The notes under the pieces were generated by a model, which saw only the letters and a program-made list of their open reading frames with translations, did no database searches and had not been told where the DNA came from. Made by a program: the position numbers and the translations under genes. From the NCBI RefSeq assembly GCF_004010195.1, contig NC_057751.1, positions 3,956,961 through 4,020,960 on the forward strand: DNA of 64,000 bases. The letters are read 5' to 3'. This document shows, piece by piece, positions 55,241-64,000 of the stretch. Positions within the stretch are counted from its first letter, which is position 1; every line of letters begins with the position of its first letter. Origin of the DNA: Chiloscyllium plagiosum. Its lineage: Eukaryota.

Positions 55241-57004
55241 TCCCAAAAGTAGACCACTAAGGATAACTGTCAGCAAATTCAACCCTGAAACATGGCACTG
55301 GCCCTGAAATTTAATAATATGCTATTTGTAATTGATTTCATACAGTATGAATTAAATTTTATCCAAAATGGAAGGAATGAAATACAGTTGTCACAACACA
55401 TATTTCACATATCACTGCAGATAGACAAAGAGAAAGCAATTCCTGTATACTCTAAAGACAATTGCACCACTCTGTGGTACAATACAGAGCTTACTGTAAA
55501 TTAGAATCTGTGTCATTGAACTGTAATAACTCCCTATTCTAAAGGGTTATCTATTCGAAGTACAGCCAACTTTAGTGTTAATTTATAATTCCTGCTATTT
55601 GTTTTCCACTTTTCTCTTCTCACCTGAAAAAATGTTAGAGATAGGTCATTGACAGGATAGCCCTTCAAAACATAAAACTATAAGACACAGGAGCAGAAAT
55701 CAGACCATTCAGCACATCAAGTCTGCTCTGCCATTCAATCACGGCTGATAAGCTTCTCAACCCCATTCTCCAGTTTTCTCCCCATAACCCTTGATCCCCT
55801 GGACAATCAAGAATCTATGGCCATCTTAAATATACTCAGTGACCTGGCACCCACAGCTTTCTATGGCAGTGAATTCCATAGATTCACCACACTCTGGCTG
55901 AAGATGTTTTTCCTCATCTCCAGGCTAAAAGGTCTTCCTTTACTCTAAAGATGTGCCCTCGAGTCCTAATCTCTCCTATCAATGGAAACATCTTCATAAC
56001 ATCCACTCTGTCCAGGCCATTCAGTATTCTGTAAGTTTCAATTAGATCCCCCCTCATCCTTCTGAACTTCATAGAGTATAGTCCCCAAGTTCTCACATGT
56101 TCAGCTTTTCATGCCTGGGTCCATTCTCGTGAACATCCTCCAAACCCGTTCGAGGGCCAGTACATCCTTCCTGAGATATGCGGCCCAAAACTGCGCACAA
56201 TACTCCAAATCTGGTTTGACCAGAGACTTTTAAAGCTTCAGAGATACATTTCTGCTTTCATATTGAAGTCCTCTCAAAATAAATGCCAACATTGCATTTG
56301 CCTTCCTAACTACTGACTCAACATGCAAATTTATCTTGTGAGAATCCGAGACTAGAACTCCCAAGTCTCTACACTTCAGAATTTTCACCCCATTTAGAAA
56401 AGAGTCCATGCTTCTATTCTTCGAAGTGCATGACCTCACACTTTCCCAAGATGTACTCCGTCTACCAGTTCTTTGCCCACTCTCATAACCTGTCCAAATC
56501 GTTCTGCAGTCTCCCTACCTCCTCAATGTCACCTGCCCCTCTACCTATCTTTGTATCATCTGCAAACTCAGCCAGATTGCCTTCAGTTCCTTCTCATAGA
56601 TTATTAATTTATAAAGTGAAAAGGTATGGTCCCAATACTGAGCCATGCGGAACACCACTTGTCACTGACTGCCATCCTGAGAAAGACCTTGGATCCCCAC
56701 TCTCTGATTTCTGAGAGACAGCCAATCTTCTATGCATGCTTGCACCTTGCCTCTGACACCAGGGGCCCTTATCTTACTCAGTAGCCTCCAGTGCAGCATC
56801 TTGTCAAAGGCCTTCTTGCAGTCCAGGTAGACAACACCCATTGGCTCTCTTTGGTCTTACATGCTCGTTACCTTGGCAAAACAGTCTAGCATATTTGTCA
56901 GACATGACCTCCCCTTGATGAAACCATGCTGAGTTTTCCCTATTTTACCATACACTTGCAAATATTCAGAAATCTCATCCTTCACAATGGATTCCAAAAT
57001 CTTA

Positions 57005-57643
57005 AAGGAGAAAGTGAGGACTGCAGATGCTGGAGATCAGAGCTGAAAATGTGTTGCTGGAAAAGTGCAGCAGGTCAGGCAGCATCCAAGGAACAGGAGA
57101 ATCGACGTTTCGGGCATTAGCCCTTCTTCAGGAATGAGGAAAGTGTGTCCAGCAGGCTAAGATAAAAGGTAGGGAGGAGGGACTTGGGGGAGGGGCGTTG
57201 GAAATGAGATAGGTGGAAGGAGGTCAAGGTGAGGGTGACAGGCTGGAGTGGGGTGGGGGCGGAGAGGTCAGGAAGAAGATTGCAGGTTGGGAAGGCGGTG
57301 CTGAGTTTGAGGGATTTGACTGAGACAAGGTGGGGGGAGGGGAAATGAGGAAACTGGAGAAATCTGAGTTCATCCCTTGTGGTTGGAGGGTTCCTAGGCG
57401 GAAGATGAGGTGCTCTTCCTCCAACCGTCGTGTTGCCCCCACCCCACTCCGGCCTATCACCCTCACCTTGACCTCCTTCCACCTATCGCATTTCCAACGC
57501 CCCTTCCCCAAGTCCCTCCTCCCTACCTTTTATCTTAGCCTGCTGGACACACTTTCCTCATTTCTGAAGAAGGGCTTATTCCCGAAACGTTGATTCTCCT
57601 GTTCCTCCCTGACCTGCTGCACTTTTCCAGCAACACATTTTCA
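57005..57643. mobile_element. Hairpin (inverted) Penelope-like insertion with 14-bp TSD
   Basis: ATTCCAAAATCTTA at 56991-57004 and 57644-57657; 57434-57643 is the reverse complement of ~57043-57258; HLIFRLGTLQPQGMNSDF is a GIY-YIG C-terminus. Confidence 0.9.
57100..57136 (-). ncRNA. Minimal type I hammerhead ribozyme
   Basis: Minus strand: cauuc CUGAAGA A GGGC UAAU GCCC GAAA CG UC gauu; identical to 10896-10932. Confidence 0.75.
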
Positions 57644-58559
57644 ATTCCAAAATCTTACCCATGACTGAGGTTCGGCTGATGGGCGTGTAATTTTCTATCT
57701 TTTGCCTTACTCCCTTTTTAACAGGGTGTCATGTTCGCGATTTTCCAGTTCTCTGGGACCCTCCTAGACTCCAGCAATTCCTGAAAGATCGCCACTAACA
57801 CCTCCACCTTCTCTTCGACTATCTACTTTGGAACTGTGCCGTGTTGTCCATCTGGTCGAGGTTATTTATCCATCTTCAGGCCATTCAGTTTTTCTAGCAC
57901 CTTATCCTTGGCGATGGCGACCATAGTCAGCTCTGCTCCCTCACTCTCCTGAATTTTTAAGATATTACTCATGTCTTCCACCATGAAGACTGGCGTGAAG
58001 TAATTATTCAGTTAATCCACCAATTCTTTGTTCCCCAATACTATCTCTCCAGCGGCCCAATGTCCACTTTTGCTTCTCTTTTGCCTTTTATATATCTAAA
58101 GAGACTCTTACAGTCTTCCTTTATATTACCAACTAGTGTACCCTCATATTTAATCTTCTCCCTCCTTATTTCATTTTTTTATTGCCCTCTGGTGGTCATT
58201 ATAAGCTTCCCAATCCTCTGGTTTCCCACTGCTCTTTGCCACATTATATGCTTTCTCGTTTGCTTTTTTGCTATTCCTGTCAGCCATAGTTGCCTCATCC
58301 TCCCTGTACCATGCTTCTTTCTTCTAGGGATGAATTTTTGCTGTGTCTCCTGATGTAATCCCAGAAACTCCTGCCATTACTGTTCCACTGTCTTTCTTGC
58401 TGGGCTCCTCTCTCAGTCAATTCTGCCCAGCTCCTCCCTTATGCCTCATCTATTCAATTCTAATAGTGTTACCTCGAATTCCTTCTGATGCCTCTCATAT
58501 TGCTGTAGCTATTTGTACCAAAAGTAATAACAGCACTACAAGTCATGTTTATGTGATAC

Positions 58560-58692
58560 CTTGTTAGCTTGAACAAATTTTACACGTGGTTCTCCCCATT
58601 CTTTACTCAGCAGTCTTCGAAACTGACGGCATCTTGGGATGACAGTGCAGGCTGCATTTCCCAAATCTGGATAAATCACAACGAGCTCCCCT
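58560..58692 (-). CDS. PEBP4: PEBP4 (phosphatidylethanolamine-binding protein 4), second coding exon
   Basis: ttttgtttatttttag|A GGG GAG...AAC AAG|gtatca; 133 nt encoding (R)GELVVIYPDLGNAACTVIPRCRQFRRLLSKEWGEPRVKFVQANK, similar to recalled human [37 protein letters not shown]. Confidence 0.92.
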
Positions 58693-59439
58693 CTAAAAAT
58701 AAACAAAATATTTTAATAATTGCCAACAGAAGGGAAAGTGCAGAATTTTAAAATTCTCGAAAGGTTTTATTTCAAATGATGAAAAAATCCCAACTTCTAT
58801 TTTAATAAACTCTCCTGTCACAGAGATTCTCCAATATCTGAGGAAGGGTCACTGGACCTGTAAGGTTCGTTCTGATTTCTCTCCACAGATAATGCCAGAC
58901 CTGCTGACCTGTCACAGCAATTTCTGTTTTTTCCATGTGATAACTTTGTTCATTATAACCACCAAACAGTGGAAATGGGTTCCTACCTCTAGGCCAGTAG
59001 GGCCAGGTTCATGATTTATCTGCCCCAGAGGTTTGCCATAACAGTACCAAACTAAATGTGGAACACTAGGAACAACACAAATCGAATTTGGTCTTTAGCA
59101 AGTGAAAATGTAAAACACCTTGCCAAGGGTTCCAATGTTCCTGCTCAGATCATCAAAAGCATGACAAAAATTGCCCTTGACTGTGTTAAGTTCAAAGCTC
59201 ACATCAAGATTTAAGTATATTGTCTCATTGAATATTCTTGTTTAATACCTTCAAAAGAATTCCAATATTCAAACCTCTGTCTGTTGCCTGTGTCCGAAGT
59301 AGCAGGGTTTCAAACAGCCCTGTTTTTTGTCTCTGACCAGACCCTGGTTTGGCAACATTTCCATTTGAACATTCACAGCCTTTTATTTTCAAATCAAAAA
59401 GCTGTCCCCTGCTGCACTGAGGTCTCTGAGATTGTCTCA

Positions 59440-59950
59440 TGCTCGTCTCTTAAGTATTACCCAAAAGACTTAGCGCCGCCAAAGTCACAATCTCTGGAAT
59501 TCCCTCCCTACATCTCACCAGGCCTTTTGCTCCTTCTTCCTTCATAACGTCCCTCAAAAATCTAACTCTTCAGTAAAGATTTAAATCAATTGGTCACATA
59601 TACCCTTATGTCACACTGTCAAATCTTGCCTTATAATATTCCTGTGAAGTGCCTTGGATAGTTTTAACACATTAAAGGCACATTATACATGCAACGCACT
59701 GGTGTTTCACAATGTTTTGCTGTCAAAACTATTGAACTTCTGGAAAAGTCATCTTCGATCCCATCAATTTATTTAAGTTATTTAAGTGAAAGTTAAAGAA
59801 CCACAGTATTGCTTGCAGAAGAATGGGGAACTCTTCTCATGGACTGACGAGCTTCTTATCCTCTGACAATAATATCAAATGGGAAATCACCAGTCTTTCA
59901 TCTCCTTCTGGCTTGTGAATTATATTGCTGTCTCAAAGAGATGCATATAC
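59440..59950 (+). mobile_element. L2/SINE-type 3' tail plus a second decayed Deu-SINE fragment
   Basis: CTCTGGAATTCCCTCCC...GTGAAGTGCCTTGGGA...ATTAAAGGC; 59800-59950 weakly resembles 28900-29030. Confidence 0.5.
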
Positions 59951-61242
59951 ACGTTATGTTACATGTAACATGTTCTATTTATACAATGTTTTTACTTGTT
60001 ACACAAGATGCCATTACAGGGCAAGGACGAAACATGTGATGGCTGTATCTGATACTTAAGAACAACTGCACACTGTAATTACAGGACAGAAAAGAATGGT
60101 GAGATGGTGACAGAGTGAAATAGCAAAATCTTTGTTGTTATTAGGAGCCATATCTATATTTAGTTAATTCTTTATCAGTGGACCAAACTCTATTGATCCT
60201 TGAAAGCCACTCCAGAGAAACAAAAAGATATTGTTTTGAATTAAACAAGGAGGCAGAACCCAAAGTCAAGGTTCAGGTTTAACCGAGAGTGGAAATATGG
60301 AACTAATCAATCATTTATTACATCGAATTCAGAGTCTCAAAAACGTTCAACTGCAAACAAAAATCTCCTTTGTCTTAGTTATAGCAAATGCCAGAGGTGC
60401 AATTGAGAATGAAAAAATACAAAGCACATCTGTACCACCCTGTGGCACAAATTAGGTACTACAGGCTCACAGTCTTTGAAACATAAACTAAATCATTGAA
60501 TAGTTCGTGTTAAAGTGGACAGGACAGCATCTTCCAATGAAATGCTAAAGGAAGGACTACTATCCACTTCAAGATTTAGACTGCAAGAACACAGGAATTA
60601 CCTTTGCTGATGTTGTTGTCACTGAGACAGGATGAGTTAATTAGCTCAGCATTTAATGTCATCATCACCCAGTCGTGTGCCACAATTAACAAAATAAGGG
60701 GACAGCGAGGAACATGACTGCCATGAAAGTGATAATCAGAAACCTTCAAATGAAAACATCATTGATTTCCGAAAGGCTGCTGTTAACAGTACTTCGAATG
60801 GGAGGGCTGGGAGACTTCTGGAAACAATCATTCAATACAAAATGAATATTTCCTTGGGCAAACACGGGTCAAAGAAAACATGCATGAAAATTCATGAAAA
60901 ATGAACAAACCTTATGAAAAATCATATTTTGACTAAATTGCTAGATTTTTCTTTGAAGAAATAACAGTTGGTAAGGGCAATGCTATTGACATGGATGGCA
61001 TGGACTTCCAGGACACATGCTCAAAGACACATATATCGATGGGTAAAGTGTTTGCTCTACAAAGGTCAGTAAAGAATCTACAAACATTGAAGAAAACTTT
61101 ACTAAGATCTTAACAAGGAGGGTGGTGTTGTGTGGGGAAGTTGCTGTCGTGAACAACAATTGAAGAATTGAAGAAGGTTTTACGATTGTTCGGGATACTG
61201 AAGAAACATCTAACACAGATACTCAGGTTATGAAGAGATATG

Positions 61243-61435
61243 AGCTGAAAATGTGTTGCTGGAAAAGCGCAGCAGGTCAGGCAGCATCCAAGGAGCAGGA
61301 GAATCGACGTTTTGGGCATGAGCCCTTCTTCTGCTCGATTCTCCTGCTCCTTGGATGCTGCCTGACCTGCTGCGCTTTTCCAGCAACACATTTTCAGCTC
61401 TGATCTCCAGCATCTGCAGTCCTCACTTTCTCCTC
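61243..61435. mobile_element. Short hairpin PLE derivative with 15-bp TSD
   Basis: TTATGAAGAG(A/G)TATG at 61228-61242 and 61436-61450; 61242-61306 and 61336-61400 are reverse complements. Confidence 0.88.
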
Positions 61436-62249
61436 TTATGAAGAGGTATGCCATGATCAGTAATGACAGTTTTTTTTAAATTCAACAGAGAGACAGTAAC
61501 CATTTAAGATATAGCAAAAAAACTTGATAGCTGCTTCCAAATGAGAAATATAAAAGTAGCACGAAAGTAAGAAAGTGACATGAGATTTGAAGGTTCATGA
61601 AGAGAAAAGCACTGGGTCCTTTTTAGAGAGTCATAAAAGTCATAATTTTCTTTCTTTTGTCTCATCTACCCAAAATTAATACAATCCAAGTTCACTGATA
61701 GTTGGTGCTCAGCATTTATAAGGAATTCTACTGTCAAACACACAATTCTTTGACCTGTATTTTTCCAAAACTATAATTTCACTAAACATTAAAAGTACCA
61801 GTACAATCAGAACCATGATGCTATATCCAAATCCTTAACAGATCATTTCAAAATTATAATTTATAATTTACTTGTCTCATAGACCAACTGAAAATCAAAA
61901 GCACAAATTATGCACAATACTTAGAAATAATAACTTATCCATAACAATATGTCTTCAACAAGACTTAGAAACAGTAATCTGTTACAAAATGTACAAATCC
62001 ATAGTTTTTGCACTATGACCAACAAGTATAATGATCTTGCAAGTGCAGTAATTTATGATGTCTCTGCCCCACGTGTGTTTGTGCACGTGCACGTCTTATT
62101 CACTGCAAAGTTCAGGTTCAGTCTATTCAAACAGTTCACTGCATCTCACAGAAGCCGTCCTTCTCACTCTGCAAAGAGACTTTACTTTCAATCTAATGCA
62201 CTGCAGAAAAAACAATTTTTAGAGCTTTAGCTTGCCTATTATTGCCACT

Positions 62250-62540
62250 TTGCAGAGATTTCGGAACTAGGGGACATAGTCTGAGAATTAGGGCCAAGCT
62301 GTTCAAGAGAGATGTTAGCAAGTACTTCAACACAAAGTGTAGTAGAGGCTTGAAACTCTCTTTCACAAAGGGTGGTCGATGCTGCATCAGTTGTTACTTT
62401 TAAAACTGAGAGAGAAGACTTTTTTATTAAGGTATTAAGGGATATGGACCACAGGCAGATATTTGGAGTTAAGTTGCAGATCAGCCATGATCTCACTGAA
62501 TGATGAAAAGGATGAATGGCTGACTCTTGCTCCTATATTC
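62250..62540 (+). mobile_element. CR1 3' end
   Basis: TRGHSLRIRAKLFKRDVSKYF...NSLSQ. Confidence 0.85.
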
Positions 62541-63491
62541 AATTATCACTTTATTATCCTTCGCACCACTGTTGTGTGTGCTTCAGTTAATTGCTTAACA
62601 TGATGCCTACACTTCAATTATATTGTGAAGCCCTGTCTCTCATTGCTGAGTGTAGAATGACTCTGTCAGCTTCTGGTAACTGTTCTAGGATATTCCTGGA
62701 TGCTGACTGTTCCAGTACATTGATATGCATAAAATGGCAAACAGGAATAAGTTGGCCGAAGAGTCAACAAGATATTTCTGCAAACTTAATAATGGTCTGC
62801 AGAAGATTACATCAGACCTCACAGAATGCCACAAAATCAGCTTCCTTGGCCTTCATGAAATCAAACAGGAGCAAAAGAACTTATCTCAATGAACACTTCT
62901 TCAATGTTAAGTGGATGATGCAGTTTCTTTACCTTATCTATTCTTCTGTAATTATCATCTGTGTATCATTCCAATTTACAATATTCATTACTGATCATTC
63001 ACCAAGTGTTTCAATTGTTGAACTGTCCAGTGTGAGACAAAGATTTTTGATACGGACTCCTCACTTGATTTATTCCTGACAGGCGTTGTTTTTCCACATT
63101 CAAATAATCACAGGAATAAAGATAAATCACTCCAGGGGATACACAAACAAATGAACATCCAACTAAAAAAAAATGACAAAAGGTAGATATTGGGCTAATT
63201 GTGAACAGCACGCACTACAACGTATTAAACTTCGCTTGCTTTTCAGCCAAATCTCTAACAATGTTAAAAATGTCTCTTTCAATCAGAATATCACCAGTGT
63301 AACATGACTATGAGCTGTGTGAGTACGAATTTCAACCAACTGCTTTTCCCCAGTTGTGATTTACAATGTCTCAAAGAAGAGGGCCGAAGGGCCTGTACCA
63401 CATTGTAACATTCTATGAGTGGAAGCTCATTTCATCAGCTGATCACATGCTAAGACTGGAGTTACTCAATCATACTTTTGGTCTTACTTGC

Positions 63492-63622
63492 CTGCAAATG
63501 CTGTTGTCACTCATTTTTTCAATAATACACATAGTTTCTTCGTCATTCATCAAAGAAGCAACTCTCTGATAATAGACAATGTCCAGTCCAACCAACAGAA
63601 GAAGAATCACAGGCCACTTCAT
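63492..63622 (-). CDS. PEBP4: PEBP4 first coding exon (signal peptide)
   Basis: ttttctttttttttcag|C ATG; 131 coding nt = MKWPVILLLLVGLDIVYYQRVASLMNDEETMCIIEKMSDNSIC + AG; phase 2 joins in frame to 58692 using donor AG|GCAAGT. Confidence 0.88.
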
Positions 63623-64000
63623 GCTGAAAAAAAAGAAAATCTATACTTATTCCTCAAGTGCCTGTCAAACATTATGCATGAAAGACTCTTTAACACATAG
63701 AAACATGAAGTCGAGACATGTACAATCTGAAAGTGCAGCCCTAAATTTGACAGGAAATTACATATTCAGATCATGCTAAGAGCTTTCTTCCAGAACATAC
63801 TATATTTCAGAAAGAAAAAAAAGTTTTGTCAACAGTCCCAAAAATGTTTTAGACTTTACTTTCCCCGCATTACTTTTCCAAAAATGCTTTTCTCACTTCA
63901 GACAAGTACCACTTTGTCGCAGTCCCTAATTAATAATGTGGTGATAGTTTCAAATTCCAACAACTCCCATCAATCCACCAACTTGCTTGATGTTTATTGG

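Larger units (their letters stand above)
55670..58470 (-). mobile_element. 5'-truncated CR1 LINE interrupted by a hairpin PLE
   Basis: RRMRGDLIETYRILNGLDRVD, GVPHGSVLGP, QHGFIKGRSCLTN. Confidence 0.9.

Noticed and set aside
60602..60743. 142-nt minus-strand exon-like segment (tttgaag| ... AAAG|gtaatt) with one open frame, in the PEBP4 intron
   Set aside because: It does not keep frame between the two exons with either donor, and the peptide is not PEBP-like
61300..61335. Hammerhead in the 61243-61435 hairpin (also those at 18745, 34679, 47864 and 58838)
   Set aside because: Core or stem II is mutated (e.g. CAGAAGA and AAAA in place of CUGAAGA and GAAA); probably inactive
62591..63079. 162-aa plus-strand ORF
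   Set aside because: No recognisable domain; antisense within an intron; consistent with chance

Overview
Eukaryotic, repeat-rich genomic DNA, almost certainly from a cartilaginous fish (shark). This is inferred from the HE1-type SINE, HER1/CR1 LINEs, Penelope-like elements (PLEs) and Deu-domain SINEs. The only host gene I can support is PEBP4 on the minus strand. Its first coding exon (63622-63492; signal peptide; probable GC-AG donor) and next exon (58692-58560) join to an 88-aa N-terminus. I found no downstream DPDAP/WRHW exon, so positions 1-58559 appear to be one intron of more than 58 kb. Both introns carry transposable elements; the large one holds many CR1 copies, a Rex1/Babar LINE, an RTE remnant, three solo LTRs and an internally deleted class I (gamma/epsilon-like) endogenous retrovirus with env. 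Many PLE ends carry minimal type I hammerhead ribozyme cores. Three intact cores lie in the sense direction of the PEBP4 pre-mRNA, and several PLE copies are TSD-flanked hairpins. I cannot demonstrate a wholly new system. The best candidates are the intronic hammerheads, the GC/GT tandem donor and the deleted ERV. All calls are by eye and repeat boundaries are approximate.
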